Shown here in pieces: positions 1-9,962 of a stretch of 64,000 nt of DNA; position 1 is the first letter of the stretch; each line of letters opens with the position of its first letter. Source of the DNA: an uncultured bacterium (GTDB lineage: Bacteria > Krumholzibacteriota > Krumholzibacteriia > LZORAL124-64-63); assembly GCA_963732385.1 (NCBI GenBank), contig CAVSZB010000005.1:369922-433921 (forward strand), in the 5' to 3' direction. A model generated the notes under the pieces. That model searched no databases, was not told where the DNA came from, and saw nothing but the letters and a program-made list of their open reading frames with translations. The translations under genes and the position numbers were made by a program.

Positions 1-792
1 CCGGAACGGGTAGCTCTTGAAGATCTTCATCAACGCCAGGGTCCGCTCCCTGCGCATGTTGAACATGTCGTCGTTGATCGACACGATCAGGCTGCGGTCC
101 TCGTGCTCATATATCCAGCGGAGTTCCTGGTCGATTCTCTCGAGTGGCTTGAACCGGATCGTCCTTCCGAAAATCTCATGGCCTATGCAGAAATGGCAGT
201 TGTTCGGGCAGCCCCGCGAGGTGGACAGGGAGTGCGCGTTCCACGTCGCGTCGATATATATGTCGCGCAGGGGGATGGGCAGTTCGGACGCGGACAGGAG
301 CTTGCGGGACGGGTTCCGGACTATTGCGGTGCCTTGCCGGAAAGTGATGCCCTCGATGCCCGCCCAGGGGGCGCCGGCAAGGATCTCGGCGCAGGATTCC
401 TCGCCCTCGCCGTGGACGCAGATGTCCATGTCCGGGATCTCCGCCAGCAGTTCCTCCGTACCGAGCGTCGCGTGGGGTCCCCCGGCCATGAAGACGATGT
501 CGGCGCGCCGGGCCTTGATCCTGGATATGAGCCCCCGGGCGTACTGGGTCGCCGATTCGTCGCTGGTCACGAAGAAGCCCACATAGCGATAGCCGTACTC
601 CTCGATCGCGCGCACGATGGATTCGTCATCGCACTGCGATGTCAGCACCGCGTGGCTTGCCAGACCGCGCTCCCTGAGCCGCGCCGCCACCGCGGATATC
701 CCCTGGTGGACGATGCGCTCGTTCGACATCCCCCGGTCGGGGTTGATGAACAGGATCGCGGGATCTTTCGGCAGGTCATATCCCTGTCTCAT
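1..792 (-). CDS. B12-binding radical SAM protein (runs off the window; not in the ORF track)
   Basis: My translation from ATG at 792: MRQGYDLPKDPAILFINPD...FMAGGPHATL...VHGEGEE (cobalamin-binding motifs)...STSRGCPNNCHFC (CxxxCxxC). Start lies just after the stop of the upstream gene. Confidence 0.88.
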   Translation of the reverse strand, partial: MRQGYDLPKDPAILFINPDRGMSNERIVHQGISAVAARLRERGLASHAVLTSQCDDESIVRAIEEYGYRYVGFFVTSDESATQYARGLISRIKARRADIVFMAGGPHATLGTEELLAEIPDMDICVHGEGEESCAEILAGAPWAGIEGITFRQGTAIVRNPSRKLLSASELPIPLRDIYIDATWNAHSLSTSRGCPNNCHFCIGHEIFGRTIRFKPLERIDQELRWIYEHEDRSLIVSINDDMFNMRRERTLALMKIFKSYPFR

Positions 793-793
793 T

Positions 794-3700
794 TCATACT
801 CCCACCGCAGCGGACTGCTCGTCCCGGCAGAACGGGAAGATCTCCGAGAACAGGTATTGCTCCCGGTTCGGACATGATTCCAAACATTTCCGGCAGATCG
901 GCAGACTCGCATTGCCGGCGAGGAGTTCCTGCCGATAACCGCGTATCTGCGGGTGTTCGAGCCAAAGCTCCCTGAGGCTGGTCGACCAGACCTCCTCGGG
1001 GCGCGTGTAGGTTGTCTCTCCGGTAATATCGACACAGCAGAAGCAGACGGCTCCGTCGGAAAGGACGGATAACACCTTCCAGGGGGAGTCGCAGAAGCCC
1101 TTCCCGACCGGCAGGGCCGCGCCGGGCTGGGCGAAGCTGCTGAGGTTGGGATAGAGCCCGCCCTCCGCAAGCGGCTGAAGGACGAGTTCGAAGGTGCTGC
1201 CGTTCTCTTTGCGGTATTCGAACCTCTTGTGCATTTCGTCGCCGTCCCAGGCCTCCAGGCTTCCCATCTCCAGGCGACTGACAAGACCCGCGGCGAACTG
1301 CCTTTTCCTCCCGATCTCGGCCGGCCGGGCTCGTTCGAGGCCGCTGGTGTAGATCTTCATCGTCAGGCTCTGCCCGCTCTCGCCCGCCGCCCAATCCCGG
1401 ACATAGCCCTCCAGCCGCGACACGTACTTCTCGAAACTCATGGGTGAGCGCAGCCCCAGCTCCTGCGGGCTGCAGGAGATGTTGACGACGATGTTCATGT
1501 CGATGGGCAGGAATTCCGGCTTGAGATTGGAGCCGTTGGTCGCCAGGAAGATCTTGTGCCCGGCCCGGTTCGCCTCCAGCGCCAGTTCCGTGAACTGGGG
1601 GTGCAGGGTCGGCTCCCCGTCGACGTGGAGCCGCAGGGGCTGGCTCGTGATGTCTTTGAGCTGCGGCAGCAGGTGCCGGAACAGCTCGGGCGACATGAAG
1701 CTCTTCTGGCGTTTGGAGTCTGCGCTCCGGCAGTAGTGGCAGTGGAAGTTGCACCGTGAATTGAGTTCCAGCATGACCGTCGGGTTGGCCGCGAACCCCG
1801 CGAGCGCCGCTCTGTAAGCGGGTTCTTTCGCGTCGCCCTTGAAGCGGTATTCCCTGGCTTCGACAAAGGGGCGGGTCGCCGGCTTCCTGACGCGCGGAGC
1901 GATGGCTTTAAGTTCGGCGCGATCATCCGCGGTCTCGACCCGCAGGTTGGCGAACCGCAGGGCCAGCCTGCGCTCATCTCCGCCCTGGCCCCGCGACGAC
2001 GGGGAAAACGACTGGGTGCTCTCAATGAGAATCTCGGTCTCGGGCGCCTCGAGTTCCAGCCTGACCTGTATCGTCTGGGCGCTGGCGGCAAAGGTGAAAG
2101 ACTGGACGCTGGAGTCCCCGCCATAGACAAACACGTCGAAGGGGAATTGCGCGTACTGGCCGGCGATTCCGCAGCTCAGGTCGAAACAGACGGTCTCTCC
2201 CTTCGCCCGGTCAAGGACCTTGAAGCGTCCCTCGGGCCCCAGCCAGCGCCAGCTCCCTTCCAGGGGATGGAAGCCCTCGCCGAACACGACCCGGAGGGAG
2301 GATCCGTTCCCGGTCACCTCCGCCTGGTTCGATTCGGAATGACCCTGGATGATCTGTGCGATTTCACGCTGGTCATCGGGCTGCAGAACACGCAACCGAT
2401 CGAGGCATGCCGCGGCCTCTGACTGCATCCCGTGCCTGAGCGCGAACCGGGCCGCGGTCTTGGCGATCCAGGCCGTCGCGGGCTCGAGCTTGTGGGCCAG
2501 CGCATAGCTTTCCCAGGCCAGCCGGGGCTGGCCGGCGTTTTCGAGCACCAGACCATAGTAGGCGCAGAGCAGCGCCCTCATTCCGGCCGCCTTTCGCAGC
2601 ACCTCGAGCCGGGACAGGGCTTCGGCGTGTCGCCCGGAGAAGGATTCCATCAACGCCAGGTTCAGCAGGAGAGACGCATCCTGCGGCGCCGCCTGGAGGG
2701 CTTCCCGCAGGACCGCTTGCGCCAGATCGGCGGCGCCGGCCCCGTTTAGAGCAAGGGCCTGGGAGACCGCTTCGGCCGCCGCGACCTCCGGCGTGATCGG
2801 GTCGGAGAGGGCCGCCGCCTGCAGGCCGAGGGCCCCGGAGAAGGCAGGGTAGATGGCCCGGGCGCTGTGGCGGGTCTCGATCAGCGCTTTGCCGGCGCAG
2901 GACACAGCTTCCCAGAGAGCCTGGTTCCGATACAGACGGAAGACGGCGTCAGCGGTCGTCGCCGGATCGTCGGCGATGATGATGTCGCCGCCATCTGTCA
3001 AACCCATGCCCTCGGCGCCGAGGCGGGAGGTGACGGTGGGCAACCCCTGGGCCATGGCGCTGCAGATCTTGCCCTTCAGGCCCGCCCCGTAGCGGATGGG
3101 GGCCACGGAAACCCGCGCGCGGCGCAGGAAGGGGTCGACCTGCTCCACATGGCCGGTCACGATGATCCGGTCACCGGCCAACGCCCTGATCTGGGGCGGA
3201 GGGCTGTCACCGACGATATGCCAGCGCAGGTCCGGCAACTCATCCTTGAGCAGCGGCCAGACCGAGGCGTGGAAATACATGACCGAATCCACATTGGACG
3301 GGTGGTTGTAGCCGCCCACGAAAACGATACCGTCCCGTTCGCTGAACCCCGGCGTCGCTGATTCCGGTCGGTAATAATTGGGCACGGCATGGACCCTGGC
3401 GGGGTCCAGGTAATGTTCCAGTTCGACCTTTTCCTGGCCGGTCGCGGTCAGGACCGCGTCGGCGTTACGGTAGGCCGCGAGCTCACGGGCCTTGTCGGAG
3501 CCGTAGGCCAGCCGCATGTCCGGGGCGCCTTCCAGCGCGAACTGGCGGGCCCGACGCAGGTAGTGCACATCGACCGAATCGATGACGATCCGGGTCTTCG
3601 GGCTGCTCTCGCGGATGAAGGGTATGAAGGCCTCCGCCGTGTAATAAAACGGCAACAACGCGGCGGCGTAGGACCGCTGCGCCAGGATGACACGGAGATG

Positions 3701-4786
3701 CTCCAGCCCGGAGGCCTTGCCGTCCAGGGGGCAGACCTCTATCCCCATCCGGCGCATCCCGGCCAGGTAAGGGGCCAGATCGGTGCCCTCGAACAAGTTC
3801 CCGTTCCGGCAGACGAAGGTGACATGGCTGCCGTTCTCCAGCAGCAGGCGCATCAGTTCGAGTATGCGCATCGCTCCCGAGGACCGGTCGTGGAGCGGGG
3901 GGATGTCGCAGGCCACCAGCACGGCACGAGAGCAATACCGGTCGATCTCGGCGGACAGGGAGCGGCGGTCGCAGGCCGGCAATCCGTGGGCGACAAGTTC
4001 ACCCGCCCATTTGGCGGTGAATTTGGGCCGGTTGATCTCCTGAAAGCGTTTGTACCCCGACAACTCGTCGGTTCCCGCCGTGCCCCCTTCATGATGCTCA
4101 ACCACGGCTTCCGGCTGATAGACCACCTTGAGCCCGGCCTTGCGGACCGCGAAGCAGAGGTCGGTATCCTCGAAATAGGCCGGGGCGTAGCGCTCGTCGA
4201 ACCCGCCGAGCCTGCGGAACAGCTCGGCGCGCACCAGCAGGCAGGCCCCGGAAACATAATCGACTTCCCGCACATAGTTGAACTCCGGCAGGGAGGGGTC
4301 CTGCCATTTGCCGAAATTGCAGCCGCTCCCGTCCCGGAAGACGATGCCCCCGGCTTCCTGCAGCCGCCCGTCCGGATAAACGAGCTTCGCTCCGACCACG
4401 CCGACGCCGGGATCCTGTTCCGGCAGGCGGACGAGAGCCTCCAGCCAGCCGGCCCGGGGCCGGGTGTCGTTGTTGAGCAGGACCAGGTACTTTCCCCGGG
4501 CGACGACGGCGGCCTGATTGTTACCGCCGACGAACCCGAGATTCCTGTCGTTTGTGAGCAGATCGATGCGGGGCGAGGAACGTTCCTGGCGCAGCTCCAT
4601 GAGGTACGTATGCGTTTCGTCGCTGGAGGCATTGTCGATGATGATGAGCTCATAGAGGTCGGCGGGGGTCGTTTCAAGAAGCCGCCGAATGCAGGCGCGG
4701 GTGAGCTCCACCTTGTTGCAGCACAGGACTACGATGCTCACGAGGGGGGCGGAGCCGGAAGGAACGCCCGTGGTATTGCCTGTCAT
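794..4786 (-). CDS. Multidomain fusion: GT2 + GT4-type glycosyltransferase + TPR + radical SAM/SPASM
   Basis: GT2 motifs IIIDNASSD, LLNNDT, VSGACLLVR, YFEDTDLC. GT-B motifs FVGGYNHPSNVDS, APIRYGAGLKGKICSAMAQGLPTV. Helical TPR-like region. Radical SAM RCNFHCHYC and SPASM/twitch CDSPW...CFCC...CRKC. Confidence 0.88.
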   Translation of the reverse strand: MTGNTTGVPSGSAPLVSIVVLCCNKVELTRACIRRLLETTPADLYELIIIDNASSDETHTYLMELRQERSSPRIDLLTNDRNLGFVGGNNQAAVVARGKYLVLLNNDTRPRAGWLEALVRLPEQDPGVGVVGAKLVYPDGRLQEAGGIVFRDGSGCNFGKWQDPSLPEFNYVREVDYVSGACLLVRAELFRRLGGFDERYAPAYFEDTDLCFAVRKAGLKVVYQPEAVVEHHEGGTAGTDELSGYKRFQEINRPKFTAKWAGELVAHGLPACDRRSLSAEIDRYCSRAVLVACDIPPLHDRSSGAMRILELMRLLLENGSHVTFVCRNGNLFEGTDLAPYLAGMRRMGIEVCPLDGKASGLEHLRVILAQRSYAAALLPFYYTAEAFIPFIRESSPKTRIVIDSVDVHYLRRARQFALEGAPDMRLAYGSDKARELAAYRNADAVLTATGQEKVELEHYLDPARVHAVPNYYRPESATPGFSERDGIVFVGGYNHPSNVDSVMYFHASVWPLLKDELPDLRWHIVGDSPPPQIRALAGDRIIVTGHVEQVDPFLRRARVSVAPIRYGAGLKGKICSAMAQGLPTVTSRLGAEGMGLTDGGDIIIADDPATTADAVFRLYRNQALWEAVSCAGKALIETRHSARAIYPAFSGALGLQAAALSDPITPEVAAAEAVSQALALNGAGAADLAQAVLREALQAAPQDASLLLNLALMESFSGRHAEALSRLEVLRKAAGMRALLCAYYGLVLENAGQPRLAWESYALAHKLEPATAWIAKTAARFALRHGMQSEAAACLDRLRVLQPDDQREIAQIIQGHSESNQAEVTGNGSSLRVVFGEGFHPLEGSWRWLGPEGRFKVLDRAKGETVCFDLSCGIAGQYAQFPFDVFVYGGDSSVQSFTFAASAQTIQVRLELEAPETEILIESTQSFSPSSRGQGGDERRLALRFANLRVETADDRAELKAIAPRVRKPATRPFVEAREYRFKGDAKEPAYRAALAGFAANPTVMLELNSRCNFHCHYCRSADSKRQKSFMSPELFRHLLPQLKDITSQPLRLHVDGEPTLHPQFTELALEANRAGHKIFLATNGSNLKPEFLPIDMNIVVNISCSPQELGLRSPMSFEKYVSRLEGYVRDWAAGESGQSLTMKIYTSGLERARPAEIGRKRQFAAGLVSRLEMGSLEAWDGDEMHKRFEYRKENGSTFELVLQPLAEGGLYPNLSSFAQPGAALPVGKGFCDSPWKVLSVLSDGAVCFCCVDITGETTYTRPEEVWSTSLRELWLEHPQIRGYRQELLAGNASLPICRKCLESCPNREQYLFSEIFPFCRDEQSAAVGV

Positions 4787-4811
4787 TATGGACCTCTCTG
4801 AAGATACGCAA

Positions 4812-6347
4812 TCAGTTCAGGATTTCGACTCCGCTGAAGAGCAGGGACAGCCGCCGCGAATCGGTCGAGCTCCCGGCGTCGGAGGGTTTGAACCATGAGC
4901 CGGCGGTGAAACGGATCCGTGCGTCCTGGCGGCCGGGATGCAGGGGCATGCGGAGGATCACCTCGGGACGGCTCCCCCCGAGCGTGAAGGACTGCACCGG
5001 CACATCGTTGTAGTGGACGGAGACGGTCTGCACCGGGGCCGGCGTCTGCCCGGGGCGGGGGCCGGCGACCCGCAGGGAGAGGGTCCTCCCCGACAGGAGC
5101 TGGCCGGAAGCGATCTGGAGCTCTCCTTCCGGTCCCATCCAGCGGGTTCCGTTTTCCTGGGCATGGAACCCGCGGGTGAACCGGATGCTCTCGGCCTCCC
5201 CTTCGACGGACGAAACGACCGTCAACCCGCTGCAGAGCACGGACAGCAGGCGCGCGTCTTCAGCGGAGGCCGGCGCGCAATCGCTCGAGACGAGCCTGAT
5301 GCAGGCTTCGTGGAGACCGGGGTATAGCGGCAGCATGACGGTCGCGGTCTCGGTCTCACCGGAAAAATCGACGGTCTCCACCAGCATATCGTTGTAGTAG
5401 ATGCGGGTGGTGAGCGCGCCGGAGGGAAGTCCGGCCAGGTTGGGGCAGGCAAGCTGAAAAGAGACGGCCTGTCCCGGCAAAAGGAGCCGGGCGTGGACAT
5501 GGAGGACACCCTCCGGGCCCACCCAGCGATGGCCATTGTCGTCTGCGAAAAATCCGGGCCCGAACGCAACGCCGTCGGGCCCCTGCGCGCACGGCGGCGT
5601 GAACAGCAGCCGGACCTCCGGGGAGGCTCCCGCGCGGCCCGGCCGGGACTGTCGGTAGACCCCGGTATACACGAGTTGGGTGGCGCACAGTTCCGGGACC
5701 TCCTCCGGTTCCAGGTCGTGCACCGAAATGTTGTCGTTGACGAGCATGGACCCGGTGAAACGGGTATCGGGGCCGACTTCGCCCAGATACGTGATCCTCC
5801 GGCAGACGACATCCTGCGTCTCCAGGAAGCCGAGGAACTGGCGCTGCGTGAAAAAGCGCAGGTGGGTGCGGTCGAGGATGCCCTCAGCCTGATATTCCCA
5901 GCGACCGTCATGCAGCAGACCGCGCATCAACTCGATGTTGCGGATGTTCGGGAGGCTCACGATCAGCGTGCCGCCCGGCCTGAGGAAGTCCAGCAGCCGG
6001 TGCGTCGTGGCCCAGGGGTCTTTCAGGTGTTCCAGGATGTCCGCGAGAATGATGCAGTCGAACCGGGCCGCCGCGAAGGGCGCTTCGAACGCCTCCACAT
6101 CGACCTGGTGCACGGCATCGAGGACTCTGGCCGCTTCATGCGCCGCGGCGGCGTCGAGTTCGATGCCGGTCACGGTCCTGCCCGGGACCTCCCGCTTGAG
6201 CCGCTCGCCCAGGCGCCCGGTCCCGCAGCCCACATCGAGGATGCAGAGCGCGGACAACGGGACCTCGGCGGCGATCTCCGGTCGGGAGTGCGAGAAGTAA
6301 TCTTCGCCGTCCACACCGGATGCGGCGGTCACCGGAGCCTGGATCAT
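4812..6347 (-). CDS. Class I SAM-dependent methyltransferase with two C-terminal GF..E...RW.GPEG beta-sandwich modules
   Basis: ILDVGCGTG, FDCIILADILEHLKDPW, GILDRTHLRFFT, typical of glycan-locus methyltransferases. ATG at 6347. Confidence 0.85.
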   Translation of the reverse strand: MIQAPVTAASGVDGEDYFSHSRPEIAAEVPLSALCILDVGCGTGRLGERLKREVPGRTVTGIELDAAAAHEAARVLDAVHQVDVEAFEAPFAAARFDCIILADILEHLKDPWATTHRLLDFLRPGGTLIVSLPNIRNIELMRGLLHDGRWEYQAEGILDRTHLRFFTQRQFLGFLETQDVVCRRITYLGEVGPDTRFTGSMLVNDNISVHDLEPEEVPELCATQLVYTGVYRQSRPGRAGASPEVRLLFTPPCAQGPDGVAFGPGFFADDNGHRWVGPEGVLHVHARLLLPGQAVSFQLACPNLAGLPSGALTTRIYYNDMLVETVDFSGETETATVMLPLYPGLHEACIRLVSSDCAPASAEDARLLSVLCSGLTVVSSVEGEAESIRFTRGFHAQENGTRWMGPEGELQIASGQLLSGRTLSLRVAGPRPGQTPAPVQTVSVHYNDVPVQSFTLGGSRPEVILRMPLHPGRQDARIRFTAGSWFKPSDAGSSTDSRRLSLLFSGVEILN

Positions 6348-6995
6348 CGCGTCCGCTTTCCCTTCCGGCCGGCCCCTTCCGGGACAATGCCGCCCTTCCG
6401 GCCGCAAGGCGCGTGCCCGTACGTCGGGCGCACCCGGGTCGATACGGCACCGCCGGCCCCCTTTCCGGCGCCGCCTCAAAACGACGCAATTCGGGCGCGG
6501 ATCGGCCCCTCGGCGGCAACCGGGAGGTAATTGAAAGGTGGATGCCGATGCGGCTGGTGCGCCGCGCCGACCGGGACCGGGCCCGCGCTGGCAGGAAGCG
6601 GAACAGGAAGTGGACGATTACCGGGCGACCCGCACCAGCGTCTTTTTGATCTCGATTTTCAGCTTGTGGGCGGTGATCAGGGTGGGAATGATGAACCGCG
6701 GCAGGAGACTTCGGGTCACCTGGCGACCTGGTCGGCCTGCGGTTCCATCAGTGTGGCCAGCTGACGGCCAGGGGCTACGGGCACAGCCTGCGCCGCGATC
6801 CCCGGACCGGCGCAGCGTCATTCCGGCCCCCGGTCGGGCCAAAAATATCGTGCAATGACGGCATTTCCTGTGCTATAGTCACCGCCTTGTTCATTATCAA
6901 CCTCGCTAGCTTCGCCCCGCGATACTGCCGCTGCTCTCTCCTCGCCACGCAGCCCCAGGCGCGTTGTTTGTTTGTTTGCACCACAGGGGAACAGC

Positions 6996-7655
6996 ATGCT
7001 CAGATTTGCGAAGGCGCTCCTGCCAATTCTGGCGATCGGGGCCCTGTTGGCTCCGGTGTCCGTCCCGGCACAGTTGAGTTCGGAATATTTCGACGGCGAC
7101 GTGGTCCTGAACACCGTTCTGTCCGACTCGCTTTTCGTTGCGGAGGGGCGGGTCGGCGATCTGGATTCCCCGTCGTTGTATGAGCTGAGTCTGGGAATCA
7201 GCACGTCCGCCCCGGCGATGACGGCGCAGTTCACCTGGGTCAGTGGCGTGGCGTATCCGTTCTCGCTGAGCTTCGACCTCCTGTCGCGGATCGCCACCTT
7301 CACGGTCGGCGACCAGACAATGACTTTCACGTCGGAATACACCGCCTTCGACGCGATCTTCATCCGGACCCGGGCCGCGTTGCCCGGATCGTCCATCGGT
7401 CTCTACGACCTGATGATCGACGGCATTCCTGTGCCGGGCACCTCGGTCGAGAGCGGCCCGGACGGACTGATGCTCATGCAGATCTACGGCCCGCCGCTGT
7501 ATGACGGGTTCACGCTGAGCGGTACGACAAAGCTGACCTGGGAAAGCGTGTTGCCGAAGAAATCGCAACTCTGCTTCCAGATCTTCACCGCCAACATGCT
7601 GGTTGTCGGGAACGAGGACCAGAGCTGGAGCCAGGTGAAGAACCTGTTCCGCTGA
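6996..7655 (+). CDS. Secreted protein, choice-of-anchor W-like domain, with C-terminal SWSQVKNLFR tail
   Basis: Signal peptide, then FVAEGRVGD...IFIRTRA...GFTLSGTTKLTW...SQLCFQI, the pattern I recall for choice-of-anchor W. AGGGG RBS. Confidence 0.7.
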   Translation: MLRFAKALLPILAIGALLAPVSVPAQLSSEYFDGDVVLNTVLSDSLFVAEGRVGDLDSPSLYELSLGISTSAPAMTAQFTWVSGVAYPFSLSFDLLSRIATFTVGDQTMTFTSEYTAFDAIFIRTRAALPGSSIGLYDLMIDGIPVPGTSVESGPDGLMLMQIYGPPLYDGFTLSGTTKLTWESVLPKKSQLCFQIFTANMLVVGNEDQSWSQVKNLFR

Positions 7656-7677
7656 TATGGAGTGACCCTGTGTCAAG

Positions 7678-7710
7678 GGCCGCTTTCCTGCGGGGAGGCG
7701 GCCGTTTTGT
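7678..7710 (+). terminator. Probable intrinsic terminator
   Basis: GGCCGCTTTCC-TGCG-GGGAGGCGGCC hairpin followed by GTTTTGT, about 20 nt after the stop. Confidence 0.55.
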
Positions 7711-7988
7711 CTCCAGCGCGTGCGCGCCGCTGCTATACGAGACCTCGACGGAATGGCCCACTCCGACTGAACTGCTCGCGTCGGACCTGCGGTACGTGAC
7801 AGGTAACGAACTGCGACTGGCGGGCTTGGGATCGTTCCAGGTGACCGTGGGAGCGCATCGCCTGATTAATCCCGTGCCTCGCCGGTTACTTGCCGGTACA
7901 CTCGCGGCCGCCTCCCCGTTGCGGGGATCGGCAACCGTACGGGTGCCGCCGCCTAACGGCCGCGTCAGCCCTTCCGCAAGGAGATTCC

Positions 7989-9014
7989 ATGAGCGATGAC
8001 AACGACTTCCAGGGACCTCCGCGCCCGCAGATGCCCCGGATCGAAATACCCAACTTCATCCTGCCCAACATCAAGCCCCGCCTCGTGCAGAACCTGCTGG
8101 GCGCGTTCGTCGTGGCGGCCATGCTGGTGTCGGGCTTCTACACCATCGATCCGGAAGAAGCGGGCCTGGTCCAGCGCTTCGGCAAGTACGTGCGCATCAG
8201 CGAGCCCGGGCTGCACTTCAAGGCTCCGCTGGGCATCGAAACCGTGCGCAAGGTGCCGATCCAGCGCCAGCTCAAGGAGGAGTTCGGCTTCCGCACGGTG
8301 CGGGCGGACATCCAGACCGAGTATTCGACCAAGTCGTTCCTCGAGGAATCGAGCATGCTGACCGGCGACCTGAACGCGGCGCTGGTCGAGTGGGTCGTCC
8401 AGTACCGTATCGTCGATCCCTACAAGTACCTGTTCCAGGTGCGCAGCGTGCAGGAGACGTTCCGCGACATGAGCGAGGCCGTCTCCCGACGCGTGGTCGG
8501 CGACCGCACCGTCAACGAAGTGCTGACCGTCGGCCGCGCCGAGGTGGCCGCGCAGATCCAGGTCGAGCTGCAGGAACTGTGCAACCAGTACGAGACCGGC
8601 ATCAGCGTCGATCAGGTCGTGCTGCAGGACATCAACCCGCCCGACCCGGTCAAGCCCTCCTTCAACGCCGTCAACGAAGCCCAGCAGGAGAAGGAAAAAC
8701 TGATCAACCAGGCGCAATCCGAATACAACCGCGAAATTCCCAAGGCCAGCGGCGAGGCGCAGCAGACGGTGCAGGAAGCCGAAGGCTACGCCTTGAATCG
8801 CGTCAATCGCGCCCAGGGCGACGCCTCCCTGTTCAACGCCATGTTCGAGGAGTACCGCAAGGCGCCGGAGGTGACGCGTCAGCGCATCTACCTGGAAACC
8901 ATGGCGCAGGTGCTGCCGCAGGTGCGCCGCAAGGTGATCGTCGACGACCAGCTGCGCAGCGTGTTGCCGCTGCTGAATTTGGACAACACGGCAACCGGCC
9001 GGGGAGGCAAGTAA
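7989..9014 (+). CDS. hflK: FtsH protease modulator HflK
   Basis: SPFH domain, SMLTGDLN, APEVTRQRIYLETM. AAGGAG RBS. Adjacent to hflC. Confidence 0.93.
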   Translation: MSDDNDFQGPPRPQMPRIEIPNFILPNIKPRLVQNLLGAFVVAAMLVSGFYTIDPEEAGLVQRFGKYVRISEPGLHFKAPLGIETVRKVPIQRQLKEEFGFRTVRADIQTEYSTKSFLEESSMLTGDLNAALVEWVVQYRIVDPYKYLFQVRSVQETFRDMSEAVSRRVVGDRTVNEVLTVGRAEVAAQIQVELQELCNQYETGISVDQVVLQDINPPDPVKPSFNAVNEAQQEKEKLINQAQSEYNREIPKASGEAQQTVQEAEGYALNRVNRAQGDASLFNAMFEEYRKAPEVTRQRIYLETMAQVLPQVRRKVIVDDQLRSVLPLLNLDNTATGRGGK

Positions 9015-9015
9015 C

Positions 9016-9951
9016 ATGAAGAAGCTCCCATTCGTCCTGGTCGGTCTGGCGTTCATCGTGGTTTTGATGTCGGCGTATGTCGTGCAGGAGCCCGAGCAGG
9101 TCATCCTGACCCAGTTCGGCAAGCCAGCGGGCCCGCCCATCTCTTCGCCGGGCCTGAAATTCAAGACGCCCCTGATTCAGAAAGTGCACCGCTTCGAAAA
9201 GCGGTACCTGGAGTGGGACGGTAATCCGAACCAGTTGCCCACGCGCGACAAACGGTTCATCTGGGTCAATACCTATGCGCGGTGGCGCATCACCGATCCT
9301 CTGCTGTTCTTCCAGCGCCTGCACAACGAACGCGGCGCGCAGACGCGGCTGGACGATATCCTGGACGGCGAGACACGCAACGCCATTGCCAAATACGATC
9401 TGGTGCAGCTGGTGCGCACGACCAACCGTGACGCCGTGCGCACCGAGGGCGAGCTCAGCGACGAATCGACGCTGACCGTGATCGCCGAAGGACGCAACGA
9501 CATCCGCCAGGAGATCCTGACCAATGCGCGGGCCCGCACGACTGACCTGGGCCTGGAGATCCTGGACATCGAATTCAAACGCATCAATTACGTGGAAGAC
9601 GTGCAGAGGAAGGTCTATGAGCGGATGATCGCCGAGCGCCAGCGTGTGGCCGACCGCTTCCGCAGCGAAGGCCAGGGCGAAGCCTTCCGCATCCGCGGCG
9701 AAAAGGACCGCGAACTGCTGCGCATCAGTTCGGAGGCCTACCGGCAGGCGCAGGAGATCAAGGGCGCGGCCGACGCGCGCGCCACGGCGATCTACGCCAG
9801 CGCCTACAACAGAACAGCAGACTCGCGAACTTTCTACGAGTTCCTCAAGACCATGCAGGCGTACACCACGACCCTCGACAGCACCAGCACGCTGGTCCTG
9901 TCGACGGATGCGGACTTTTACCGCTACCTGAAATCGGGAAGCGGCAAATGA
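9016..9951 (+). CDS. hflC: FtsH protease modulator HflC
   Basis: ILTQFGKP, WRITDPLLF, VYERMIAERQRVADRFRSEGQGEA. Confidence 0.93.
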   Translation: MKKLPFVLVGLAFIVVLMSAYVVQEPEQVILTQFGKPAGPPISSPGLKFKTPLIQKVHRFEKRYLEWDGNPNQLPTRDKRFIWVNTYARWRITDPLLFFQRLHNERGAQTRLDDILDGETRNAIAKYDLVQLVRTTNRDAVRTEGELSDESTLTVIAEGRNDIRQEILTNARARTTDLGLEILDIEFKRINYVEDVQRKVYERMIAERQRVADRFRSEGQGEAFRIRGEKDRELLRISSEAYRQAQEIKGAADARATAIYASAYNRTADSRTFYEFLKTMQAYTTTLDSTSTLVLSTDADFYRYLKSGSGK

Positions 9952-9962
9952 CGGGCGCCCGT

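Noticed and set aside
17..975. Plus-strand ORFs 17-586 and 103-975, and the many other long antisense ORFs (e.g. 35015-37576, 42990-45506, 45795-48086)
   Set aside because: Shadow frames of high-GC genes on the opposite strand. The real genes carry recognisable motifs and these do not.
6860..6880. Sigma-54 promoter TAGCAC-N5-ATGC upstream of the glycan operon
   Set aside because: The invariant GG at -24 is missing.
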